DNA of 64,000 bases from an uncultured Clostridium sp. (GCA_948470565.1 CAOKPF010000002.1:127-64126), one strand, 5' to 3'. Shown: positions 50,362-59,616, numbered from the stretch's first letter. Made by a program: numbers and translations. The notes: generated by a model from the letters alone, not told the origin.

Positions 50362-50614
50362 ACATAGTAGTATCATAATTATTGAATATAACATTATTTT
50401 TATCTCCTTTCTTTTTTATTCCTAAATATTCATATACTTTATTTGGTATTATTACATACGTCCATTTTCCATTTGGCTTTTGTATCGCTGTGCCAAAAGG
50501 AAAACGATCTTGTCTTAATCCCATTCGTACAAACATTGGTGCTTTATGCAAAAGTTTTGCTACATCATCACAGTTTAGTTCTGCTTTTTTTCTTGGTCTT
50601 GGCATTTTTCTCAC
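50354..50614 (-). CDS. small DNA-binding-like protein (excisionase/HTH_17-like?)
   Basis: LNCDDVAKLLHKAPMFVRMGLRQDRFPFGTAI...WTYVI pattern. Assignment is weak. Confidence 0.3.
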   Translation of the reverse strand: MRKMPRPRKKAELNCDDVAKLLHKAPMFVRMGLRQDRFPFGTAIQKPNGKWTYVIIPNKVYEYLGIKKKGDKNNVIFNNYDTTMYD

Positions 50615-50687
50615 CCCTTTCTAATTTAATTTTTTTATTTATTTGTGCGTGTGTGACGCTAGTTTGTTTTATTTTCCACCTCACTTG

Positions 50688-50696
50688 TGCTATAAT
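50688..50696 (+). promoter_or_regulatory. extended -10 promoter element (TGcTATAAT)
   Basis: tgctataat lies 12 nt upstream of the ggagg RBS at 50708. Confidence 0.45.
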
Positions 50697-50711
50697 ATAA
50701 CTAGATTGGAG

Positions 50712-51263
50712 GTGATTATTATTACTATTTCTGATTGGTTACAATTAATATCAATTATAAGTACTTCTGTTTTATCAATAGTTGCTATTATGATATCTAT
50801 AAAAACATTAAAAGAATCAAATAATGCAATTATTGAAAGTTCTAGGGCTAATATAATGTTTTATATTGATACATTAACTGGCAATCAAAATTATTTAGTA
50901 CTGAAAAATTTTGGCAATTCTTCAGGAAAGATTATTGATATTGATGTATCACCTAGTATACAGTATTCAAAATTAAAAAACTCTTCAAATATTAGTAATT
51001 TGACTGAATTTACTAATATCACACTTGCCCCTAATCAATGTATAAAATCTTGGTTTGACTTCAAAAATTATCCTGATAGAATTTTTGAAGTAACTATCAA
51101 ATACGAAACTTTAGGAAAATTTTATACAGAAAAATATATTCAAAATATTTCCTATATTGATAGCATTGATTATTTATCAACATATTCTATTGATGTTAAT
51201 GATGAAAAAGCGGCTTTAATTAATATTAATAATAGTATTCTAAGACTTAATGAAAGACTATAG
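50712..51263 (+). CDS. membrane-anchored protein encoded opposite to all neighbours (lysogeny moron); start codon uncertain
   Basis: Own promoter and RBS; N-terminal TM segment (LQLISIISTSVLSIVAIMISI) plus a soluble domain of about 150 aa. The first in-frame ATG (50790) would remove the TM segment. Confidence 0.5.
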   Translation: MIIITISDWLQLISIISTSVLSIVAIMISIKTLKESNNAIIESSRANIMFYIDTLTGNQNYLVLKNFGNSSGKIIDIDVSPSIQYSKLKNSSNISNLTEFTNITLAPNQCIKSWFDFKNYPDRIFEVTIKYETLGKFYTEKYIQNISYIDSIDYLSTYSIDVNDEKAALININNSILRLNERL

Positions 51264-51426
51264 AATTTACTTCTTTTTCTAATTGTTCAAGTGCATATTT
51301 TAAAACAGATTTATTTACAGCATAAGTCTGTTTTTTTGATTTCAAAAAAGTTAATATTTCACTTTTTAATTCATCTATTTTTTCCATACTTACATATTCT
51401 CCATTTATTTGTACTATTTCTCCCAT
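51247..51426 (-). CDS. 59-aa ORF, convergent with and overlapping the moron's 3' end
   Basis: RBS aaggaag; MGEIVQINGEYVSMEKIDELK... Confidence 0.3.
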   Translation of the reverse strand: MGEIVQINGEYVSMEKIDELKSEILTFLKSKKQTYAVNKSVLKYALEQLEKEVNSIVFH

Positions 51427-51460
51427 TTGTTCACTTCCTTTCTTATAATTCTTGAGTCAT

Positions 51461-51643
51461 TTAATCGTGATTTTCCTCAGGATAAATAATCTTATCTGCA
51501 CATTTTAATATTACATCAGTTGTAGGAGCAACTGGTGTTTTTATTTTTTTCTTTTCTCCATCCATAGTTGTAATTTCAATTTCATTTTCATTTTTTATAT
51601 TTAATAATTCTTTTAATTCCTCAACTGTACATTCTATTTTCAT
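51461..51643 (-). CDS. hypothetical protein
   Basis: Start chosen after gggagg. Confidence 0.35.
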   Translation of the reverse strand: MKIECTVEELKELLNIKNENEIEITTMDGEKKKIKTPVAPTTDVILKCADKIIYPEENHD

Positions 51644-51653
51644 GTTTCCTCCC

Positions 51654-51962
51654 TTACTCATTTATTCCATCTAAATATCCACATACCTGCATTAGTTCTT
51701 TATATGTTGTTATTCCTTTACTTGCTTTTGCTATTTGTCTTAATGTATCAGGAACAGGTCTTTCTCTTTTACCACTTAATAATTTTGAAATATACCCTGC
51801 ATCTAAATTACAAGCTCTTGCAAATTCATTTTGTGAATAATAAGATAGTGATATTTGACTTAATATTGATATAAAACTTTTTGAAGTAATTTCAAACAAC
51901 TTTTCCAAATCATTTATACATATATATCGTTCTCCGTCTATTTCTTTTGTTTTTATTTTCAT
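51654..51962 (-). CDS. HTH protein paralogous to the CI N-terminal domain
   Basis: SQNEFARACNLDAGYISKLLSGK...RQIAKASKGITTYKELMQVCGYLDG, versus CI NQRDFAKATGVNRAYISQYMNMK...KKIAENSKGVTTYEELMKVCGYVDV. Confidence 0.6.
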   Translation of the reverse strand: MKIKTKEIDGERYICINDLEKLFEITSKSFISILSQISLSYYSQNEFARACNLDAGYISKLLSGKRERPVPDTLRQIAKASKGITTYKELMQVCGYLDGINE

Positions 51963-52020
51963 GTTTCCTCCTTTCTATAATAGGACGGCTCAAAATTGAG
52001 CTGAGCGAATTTTTCCATTA

Positions 52021-52800
52021 TTACCTTTCAATAACTGGTACTAAACCATTTTCTTTTAATAAATTGTATAAAAATAATCTTCCTTTCTGTGTCCATTTTG
52101 TATTCATTGCAATATCATCTCTACCATCTTTATGTTTATAATTAACTGTTTCACTATGTGTATAGCCTTTATCTTGATATTTTTTATATAAAAACCATTG
52201 TCTTGATTGCTTATATTGAACTCCCAATTTATTTAATTTTTTATTCAATTTGCTTGCAGTCATACCATAATCTTTGGCTATTGCAGTCATAGTAACTAGT
52301 CCCCTATTTTTTAATATCATATCTGTATAATCAGCCTTAGGCTTTAACTCTCCTATTATTTGTTTACTTTGAGCATTTTCTAATTGTAAAACACTTATTT
52401 TGTTTTCTGCTATCTTTAAAGCCCTTGCCATTATCTTCTCTGGACTATTAAAATCTTTTTCTACTTGTATAAAATATTGTCTTACTTCTTTACCCTTATC
52501 TGTTCTTTGTAACATTGCTATCTCTTTTGCCATATCTAGTTTCATAGCATGATTAATAGATATTCCGTTAGCACTCATTTGATTTTTATTCATTTCTTGA
52601 GCGTACTCATTTTTGAGCACGTTACCTTTTTTATCTTGGTATACAACACAATAATCTTCATTTTCTTTAAAACCATATTCACACATTCTTGGAAACCAAT
52701 CATTATACCTCGTACTTATATCTAAAGCTTTATATAATTCTCTACCATTTACTATTGGTTCCTGATTCTCATTTACATCTATTTTTATTAAATCACTCAT
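52021..52800 (-). CDS. antirepressor (AntA-like N-terminus plus KilAC-type C-terminus)
   Basis: IVNGRELYKALDISTRYNDWFPRMCEYGF motif. Confidence 0.75.
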   Translation of the reverse strand: MSDLIKIDVNENQEPIVNGRELYKALDISTRYNDWFPRMCEYGFKENEDYCVVYQDKKGNVLKNEYAQEMNKNQMSANGISINHAMKLDMAKEIAMLQRTDKGKEVRQYFIQVEKDFNSPEKIMARALKIAENKISVLQLENAQSKQIIGELKPKADYTDMILKNRGLVTMTAIAKDYGMTASKLNKKLNKLGVQYKQSRQWFLYKKYQDKGYTHSETVNYKHKDGRDDIAMNTKWTQKGRLFLYNLLKENGLVPVIER

Positions 52801-52877
52801 TTTTTATATCCCCCTTTTCATTTGTATTAATTTATCTTTCATATTTTACCTCACTTTTTGGTAATTTTTTTAACCTG

Positions 52878-53093
52878 TTATTTTAAAAAAATATAATCTA
52901 AATAATTAAGATTATTTCTTTTACAATATAAAATCACACCGTCACATGCTTTTTTGCTACCTGATTTTTTTTTACCATTTAATATTTGGTAGCAATACCC
53001 TTTATCTATCCCTATTTCTTCAGAAAACCAAGCAGTATTATTCCTAAATCTTTCTTTTATTAGTGATTTTATTGCTAACAAATTCAATTCCAT
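52878..53093 (-). CDS. Cro-like HTH regulator
   Basis: Divergent from CI; start chosen after gaggtgag. WFSEEIGIDKGYCYQILNGKK. Confidence 0.55.
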   Translation of the reverse strand: MELNLLAIKSLIKERFRNNTAWFSEEIGIDKGYCYQILNGKKKSGSKKACDGVILYCKRNNLNYLDYIFLK

Positions 53094-53240
53094 TTTCTCA
53101 CCTCTTTTCACGGTAACTTTTTTAACCACAACCATTTTATATCAATTTTTTTTCATTGTCAATACTTTTTTGGTAATTTTTTTAACATTTTTTATTGACT
53201 TTCTTTTTTATGTAGTGTATAATAATTTTAGGAGGCTAAT

Positions 53241-53891
53241 ATGTTTGATAAAAATATTTTTTCGGAAATTCTCAAAAAAATCTACTGTATATATAAAAAT
53301 CAAAGGGATTTTGCAAAAGCAACTGGTGTAAATAGAGCTTATATCTCACAATATATGAATATGAAATTAGATAATCCGCCTACTCCAAAAATATTAAAAA
53401 AAATAGCAGAAAATTCAAAAGGTGTTACTACCTATGAAGAATTGATGAAAGTATGTGGATATGTAGATGTAATAGACGACTTTTTTGACATATCTATACA
53501 TCAAGATAACAATTCATTACCTATTATTGATAAAATATATTTTAAAGATGATACTTTTTTTGCATATTCACCAAATGAAGATATTCCATTACCAAAAAAA
53601 TTAAACTTAGAATATGATTACTTTGCATATAAAATTTCAACTAATGATATGGCACCATTGTTGGATATTGGAGATATTGCAATTATACAAAAACAAAATA
53701 ATTATAAAAATAATAAGACTTATTTACTTTGGTATGAAGAAAAGACTATTATAAGAAAAATAATTGATAATAATGATAATATAGAGTTAATGGCAATGAA
53801 CCCTTATTATCCTATTATAAAAACAACAAAAGATGAAATAAAAATAATTGGTAGAGTTATAAGAGCCGAAAATGAAAGTGCTTTTAAATAA
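53241..53891 (+). CDS. CI-like repressor: XRE HTH plus LexA/S24-like C-terminal domain
   Basis: N-terminal HTH. C-terminal FAYKISTNDMAPLLDIGDIAII...IIRKI...IIGRVI matches the S24 fold pattern. Confidence 0.85.
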   Translation: MFDKNIFSEILKKIYCIYKNQRDFAKATGVNRAYISQYMNMKLDNPPTPKILKKIAENSKGVTTYEELMKVCGYVDVIDDFFDISIHQDNNSLPIIDKIYFKDDTFFAYSPNEDIPLPKKLNLEYDYFAYKISTNDMAPLLDIGDIAIIQKQNNYKNNKTYLLWYEEKTIIRKIIDNNDNIELMAMNPYYPIIKTTKDEIKIIGRVIRAENESAFK

Positions 53892-54055
53892 CAAATAAGT
53901 AGATAATATACTCCCTGACCAAAGTTTGTATATTACCTACCCACAAAATAGATACTTCGAAAAGTAGCTATACTTATATTATATAGTATATTTCTCTACT
54001 TTTCAAGTGCAAATCATAAAAAAATAAATGTAATTTGAAATGGAGGAATTTTTTT

Positions 54056-55228
54056 ATGAAAAGAGCAAATGGAACAGGTACAATTGTGTACTGGGGAAAA
54101 AATAGGCGTCGTCCTTTTAGTGCAAGAATAGTAAAAGATTGGAATGCTGATACTGGAAATGCAATATATCAGTATTTAACTAATAGCAAGGGCGAAAAGT
54201 ATTTCAAAGAGCGTTTAGAAGCAGAGGAAATACTACTTAACTATAACAAAACAAAAGATAACCTCGATATCGATAAGTCTAATTATACGTTCAAAGACGT
54301 ATATGAAGAATATTCACTAAAACACTTCCCTACTAAAGAAGAAATGGAACTCGAAAGAACTACACATCAAAAGACAAAAGGCAAACTTGGTGCTTCTGTT
54401 ACTAGCAACTTAAAAGGTGCATATAAAAGATGTGAAAGTCTATATGATAAATTATATAAATCACTCAAAAAAAGTGATTTTGAAGAAATTATAATAAATA
54501 CTAAGGGTTGTGGCACTGTAATAAATAGTCTTGCAAATCTATTTAGGAAACTAGACAACTACGCCCTTGAAAATGATATAATTGTAAAAGGATATGCAGA
54601 TTTAATTAAAGTTACCGAAGATTTATTTGTTCCAACTCAAAATGAGGGTACACCATATACTTATAAAGAAATAGAAGAAATATGGAAATATCAAGGTAAT
54701 ATAATAGCTGATATTACTCTTGCTACAATTTATACTGGTTGTAGAATAGAAGAATTGCTATTTGCAAAAATAAAGGACTTTTATATAAAAGACGGTTTCT
54801 TTATTGGTGGACTAAAAACAACAGCTGGAAAAGGGCGTATTATTCCAATACACGATGATATACTAGAACTTTTTAAAAAGTATTATAACAAAAATAAAGA
54901 TAATGAATTTATTTTTACAGTGGATAACCAAAAAATAGATTATAGTTCATACTTTCAAAAACAATATAGGCAATTTATGAATAAATTAAAAATGAATCAT
55001 AATACGCATGATGGTAGAAAGACACTGCACTCAGAATTAGATCGACTTAATGCTAATAAAGTATGTGTTAATAAAATATTTGGTCACAAATGTGGAAATA
55101 TTGGAGATGATGCGTATACAAAAAAGACTCTTGAAGAATTAAAATACACAATTAATTTAGTAAATTATAAGGCAAAAAAAGGCGAAAAAATTACCTATTT
55201 TAGTATATCAAATCATAATAAAAATTAA
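54056..55228 (+). CDS. int: tyrosine integrase
   Basis: Start after ggagg. TGCRIEEL (Arg), HDGRKT (HxxR), FGHK...DDAYT (Tyr). Adjacent to att. Confidence 0.9.
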   Translation: MKRANGTGTIVYWGKNRRRPFSARIVKDWNADTGNAIYQYLTNSKGEKYFKERLEAEEILLNYNKTKDNLDIDKSNYTFKDVYEEYSLKHFPTKEEMELERTTHQKTKGKLGASVTSNLKGAYKRCESLYDKLYKSLKKSDFEEIIINTKGCGTVINSLANLFRKLDNYALENDIIVKGYADLIKVTEDLFVPTQNEGTPYTYKEIEEIWKYQGNIIADITLATIYTGCRIEELLFAKIKDFYIKDGFFIGGLKTTAGKGRIIPIHDDILELFKKYYNKNKDNEFIFTVDNQKIDYSSYFQKQYRQFMNKLKMNHNTHDGRKTLHSELDRLNANKVCVNKIFGHKCGNIGDDAYTKKTLEELKYTINLVNYKAKKGEKITYFSISNHNKN

Positions 55229-55231
55229 AAA

Positions 55232-55255
55232 GTTATCAACAAATTATCAACAAAT
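55232..55255. promoter_or_regulatory. putative integrase arm-type sites
   Basis: gttatcaacaaattatcaacaaat; partner 24-mer at 18377-18400. Confidence 0.5.
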
Positions 55256-55256
55256 A

Positions 55257-55288
55257 AACGCTGTAACTATTGAAATTACAGCGTTTTA
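55257..55288 (+). terminator. integrase terminator
   Basis: aacgctgtaa / ttacagcgtt followed by a T run. Confidence 0.65.
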
Positions 55289-55300
55289 TATATCAGAAAT

Positions 55301-55318
55301 TACGCGTGTGTGTGTGTA
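55301..55318. other. att core, right junction
   Basis: tacgcg(tg)5ta. Confidence 0.7.
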
Positions 55319-55491
55319 GTATCATCATATTTTTATCACTTTTATTTGACATAATTTTATTCATGTGCTATCTTCCTCTCTTTTGTTTGATTATATTATA
55401 CACCATTTTATTTTATTTTTGCAATACCTTTTTTATTTTATACTATTATTTTAATTATTTTTTACACAAAATGTTACTATTAATGTACAAA

Positions 55492-57330
55492 CTACACTTC
55501 ATAGATATAGTATTTTTCAAATCCTTCAAATATTATTACAAATTTTTTCATATTTTCTCTTTTCTCAAGTCTTTTATCTTTGATATATTTTTTCATTTGA
55601 GATATTCCATCTTCTTTTAATTTATCAATATTTACTCCTTTTGCTTTCTCTTTACTTAAATATTTAAGCTCTATTATCGCCTCATATTTGGCATTACTTG
55701 ATACTGATTTTTCTACAAATATATCTGCAAATCCTTGCAGTGCTGGAAATTCTCCATATACATAATACTGACTACTTAAGCTAAAGAACAGCGAATATAC
55801 ATATTTTAATGTTTTTTCACTAAAATTTTCTTTATCTCTTACACTTTGATGTGATAGGAATCTACATATAACTTTTGTCATTTCTTCTATACTACCATTG
55901 TCTCCAAACTGTATTATTCCATTACTAATATCTTTTGTATCTAAATTATATTCTTTTTTTGTATTTATAATCTTTTGAAAATAACTTGCATACAAAGCTT
56001 CTGATACATAATTTGGAATGCAAAATGTTGTAATAGTACTCACATATTTTATCGTTATATATCCTTGATAATACAGTAATGACAAAAAACTATCCTCATT
56101 AAATACATTATCATTTAATTCAAACTGTCTTACTATATTTCCCTTAAATTCTCCATTTGTTATTAATTCTATTAGTTTCTCATAATTTTTCTTTGGATTA
56201 ATCAAATTTACAAAGCTTTCTATTTTATTCCCTGATGTTGCCAAATTATTATCCACTGGATATCGTGGTGCCTTAATAAACTTCCCCGGGGCAAGCCCTC
56301 AAACATCTAGAAAAGATGTTTGCCTCTCTTCGAGAGCGGGGTATTCGCCCCAGCAAACAAAACTTCGTAATGTTTGCCTAGTTTGTTACGACGCAAGCGT
56401 CGGGGAATTAAACCCGAAGAGATTAAAATCAACATAATTTTTCAAATAATACATAACCAACGTTGTATTAAATGTATGTTCTTCAATATCTAAACTAAAT
56501 CTATATCTATATAGTTTTTCTTTAACTCTTTATAAACATTATTTTTTACTCCTGTTCGTTTAACTAAATCTTTTACTTCATCTTCTGTAAATCCACACAT
56601 TGCTACAAACTGTGGATATAGCGAAATATTAGTTGCAGTATTAAATCCAGATGTTAAACTATCTAATGTAAGTGGAGCCACACCTGTTGCAAAAAATCTA
56701 TATATTACACTATCATTTCCTTCTGAATAATCTTTTATTATTTCATAAAAAGCTCTGACAAAACCTCCTTGACCTAATGCATTTACAAAGCCTGAAACAT
56801 TTCCCTCTAACATACCATTTGTAAAATGATCGTATTCATCTATTATTATATATATTTTATTTTCTAATTCCAGACTTTTAAATTTTGACAGTAAATCTAG
56901 TAATGTAATAGAAGCTTCACCTTTATTATCTAAATTTATATTTAAATTATATTTAATTACTAATTCTCTACATGATGCATATACTCTTTCATTAAGCTTT
57001 CCTTTATTGATTTTTCTGTTGTATTTTCACTAATATCCATTCCAGAAAAATTGAATTTTAAAATGTAGTAACTATTTTTCTTCTCTGTTGGATTGTCATA
57101 TATGTATAATCCACTGAATAATCTTTCAAAATCATTAATTTTATTTAAATCATAGTAGTATCCTATCATACTAGTAAATAAACTTTACCAAATCTACGAG
57201 GGCGAACATATATACAATTAATATAGTTTTCTAGTTTTTCTATATACATTGTTTTATCCACATATTCATATTTTTCATCTCTAAGTACTGCAAAATCAGA
57301 TTTTCCATAAGGGATTTTTATTTTATCCAA
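55492..57330 (-). pseudogene. AAA-ATPase_like / PDDEXK_9 (DUF1703-type) gene, multiply disrupted
   Basis: N-terminus (L)DKIKIPYGKSDFAVLRDEKYEYVDKT, RPRRFGK P-loop region, C-terminal PD-(D/E)XK part (FADIFV...AIIELKY). At least two homopolymer frameshifts plus the insertion at 56275-56421. Confidence 0.7.
56275..56421 (-). other. GC-rich 147-nt highly structured insertion (unknown RNA or miniature mobile element)
   Basis: Roughly 50% GC in flanks of about 25% GC. Seven contiguous helices; it interrupts an otherwise continuous reading frame. Confidence 0.45.
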
Positions 57331-58113
57331 ATTACTACTTCCTTTATATATACTATATCATACAAATATATATTTTACAATTATTTTTAAAATTTTTAAT
57401 TAATATTGCTATATGTCCATTTAAAAAATAAATAAAAAGTCTTAGAAAAGTTGTAGTATATTTAATATATAATCGTAAACTCTTTTGTAGAAAGTTTTTA
57501 TGTACTCTATTACTCTTTTTGTATATTTTTATTATACTATCTTCTCTTTTATTTTTTCAGACATTTTGTATAATTGTTTATACAAAGAAATTACAAATAC
57601 AATATTCTAAATAGTATTTCAAACCCATTTTTATATTTATCTTTTTCATTTTTCTAATTTATACAAATATTTCTCTAATACAATAATTCATTCCTTTCTC
57701 GCTTCGCTCAAAGGCACACATAGAAATAAACGTCTCGAGTTTATAGTATTTTTGTTATATAATACCTTAAGGAATACACTATAAAGCACGTGAAGTGAGT
57801 GTAGACTTCTTTAAGTTACAGATTACATCAGTATATTAAACAGTACAAGTGCAGTTATTTGAAGAATACATAAGTAGTCCCTTAAAACTGTAAACTAATT
57901 ATTGACTTATAAGGTTTTTATAGTGTTGATTGCACAGTCCATACATTACTCAAAAATTTATTATATAATAATATCATTAAATACTACTTTTATCAGTATT
58001 TTTTACAAAAATTATTTAAAATAGAAACTACAAAAATGAAAAGTAGGAAATAAACATATACATTTATTTCCTAAAAAATTTATTATTGCAACTATGAATT
58101 TTATACTCTTATG

Positions 58114-58494
58114 TTATATTATATTACCAACATGTAGTTTTTGCTTATCTACAACATGCTTAAAAATTCTTTCCAATTCATTTGCAGCAGCAATAGCCTC
58201 ATCACTAGCCTCTAATTCAACATAACTTTTATATGTGGTAATTCCCTCTTCAATAGAACCAATTTCTTCATGATCAACAAAAATAGACCATACAGTTTTT
58301 ATATTATCCCAAGTATTAGATATATCATTTACTTGCTCTTTTGCCATGTCAAAGTTTGAATTTTGTATCAAATTTCTAGAATAATTTATATCTGTTAGTG
58401 CATACCTTGATGTATCTTCTAAATACTTAATTTCCCATAAGCCAGAAGCTATAACTATTACAAACGATAAAATTAATATAATCCACTGTTTCAT
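58114..58494 (-). CDS. DUF4363-like small membrane-anchored protein
   Basis: N-terminal TM segment; overlaps the stop of the upstream DUF421 gene, a typical pairing. Confidence 0.5.
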   Translation of the reverse strand: MKQWIILILSFVIVIASGLWEIKYLEDTSRYALTDINYSRNLIQNSNFDMAKEQVNDISNTWDNIKTVWSIFVDHEEIGSIEEGITTYKSYVELEASDEAIAAANELERIFKHVVDKQKLHVGNII

Positions 58495-59144
58495 TTTTTC
58501 ACCTCTGCTTTTTTTAACTGATATATAAATTCATTATCTTCGTCCATTGTAGCAACTAATATATTTTCCATATCTAAATTATTATTTTTTAGATGTTTAT
58601 CCAAATCTTCTAAAGACATTCCTAAAAGTTTCATATTTACTTCTGATACTTTTCCATCTTCCACAACATTTAGTGGCAACGAATTAATATTATCACAATT
58701 TTTTATTACACTCAAATTTCCATTAGTTTCTATCATTGCATATTTTACATCCTGTATTTTAAATATATCATGTTCTCTAAGCTGTGACATTAAATCTGGT
58801 AATGTATAATTTTGTTTAGAAAATTCATCTTCTATAATCTGCCCATCTTTTATTATTAAAGATAGTGTTCCACACATTGCATCTTGTATCTTATTACTAG
58901 ACTGAGCAAGAAGTGTAAAAATTGCATATGTTATAAGTAATGTAATTATTGGTATTATTCCATCAAATATTGTAATTCCACGAGATGACATAGGAGCTGA
59001 TGCAAGATCAGATATTAATATTATTATAGCAAGTTCAAATGGTTGAACCTTTGATAATTCCTTTTTTCCCATAAGTCTTATTACTATAAATACTACTGCA
59101 TACAGTATTATTGCTCTTAAAAATACGATTAACATTTTTATCAC
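58491..59144 (-). CDS. DUF421 (YetF-like) membrane protein
   Basis: GKKELSKVQPFELAIIILISDLAS motif; 3 TM segments plus a soluble C-terminal domain. Confidence 0.65.
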   Translation of the reverse strand: MIKMLIVFLRAIILYAVVFIVIRLMGKKELSKVQPFELAIIILISDLASAPMSSRGITIFDGIIPIITLLITYAIFTLLAQSSNKIQDAMCGTLSLIIKDGQIIEDEFSKQNYTLPDLMSQLREHDIFKIQDVKYAMIETNGNLSVIKNCDNINSLPLNVVEDGKVSEVNMKLLGMSLEDLDKHLKNNNLDMENILVATMDEDNEFIYQLKKAEVKK

Positions 59145-59214
59145 CTAAAATTATTTTTTGCATAATTAACAAAAATATACAAATAATATTAAAAAATAGT
59201 TATAAGGAGGAAAC

Positions 59215-59583
59215 ATGGAAAATACTCAAAATTATCAAAATGTTTCAGATGGTTTAAGAATATCTCAAATGATAATTAGATTTATAGGATCTATATCAAT
59301 TTTTGCAATTACCGTATATTTTACACCAAATTTTAATATTTCATCATTTCCTATATTAATTCTTAGTAGCATTACAATAATTATTTTAGATTATTTAATG
59401 TCTATTATCACTGGTATACATGATATACCACTTGGCCGTGGATTAGTCGGTTTTACATCTGCTGCTATGATTATCTACATAACTCAATTTTTTGTAGATG
59501 GCTACTATATATCAATAGTAAGCAGTTTAATAGCAGCTGCAATTTATGGAATAATTGATAGTGCTCTTCCAAATAAAACTTAA
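59215..59583 (+). CDS. 4-TM small membrane protein
   Basis: RBS aaggagg; hydrophobic profile. Confidence 0.5.
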   Translation: MENTQNYQNVSDGLRISQMIIRFIGSISIFAITVYFTPNFNISSFPILILSSITIIILDYLMSIITGIHDIPLGRGLVGFTSAAMIIYITQFFVDGYYISIVSSLIAAAIYGIIDSALPNKT

Positions 59584-59616
59584 GCCGTGTAGAAAATTAC
59601 TACACGACTTTTTTTA
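59584..59616. terminator. bidirectional terminator between convergent genes
   Basis: cgtgtag / ctacacg stem followed by T7. Confidence 0.6.

Larger units (their letters stand above)
18247..55318. mobile_element. integrated siphovirus-type prophage, about 37 kb
   Basis: Bounded by direct repeats TACGCG(TG)nTA; integrase lies next to the right end; complete lysogeny, replication, packaging, head, tail and lysis gene order. Confidence 0.88.

Noticed and set aside
50296-50660. Internal GTGTGTG tracts (50301-50312, 50644-50656) resembling the att core
   Set aside because: They match only in the short GT run and lack the TACGCG part. Probably coincidental.
55270-55620. 116-aa plus-strand ORF spanning the att core
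   Set aside because: It is hydrophobic and low-complexity, crosses the phage-chromosome junction and overlaps the 3' end of the minus-strand pseudogene. It has no RBS.
56401-56421. tRNA-like T-arm (cggg-tttaatt-cccg) inside the GC-rich element
   Set aside because: The loop lacks the TTCRA consensus, and no acceptor, D or anticodon arms can be built. I found no tRNA in the window.
57690-57960. Moderately GC-enriched non-coding island, as a possible riboswitch or sRNA
   Set aside because: I could not match it to any riboswitch core (T-box, purine, TPP, SAM, c-di-GMP, preQ1). There is no downstream plus-strand gene and no convincing helices. It may be a gene remnant.
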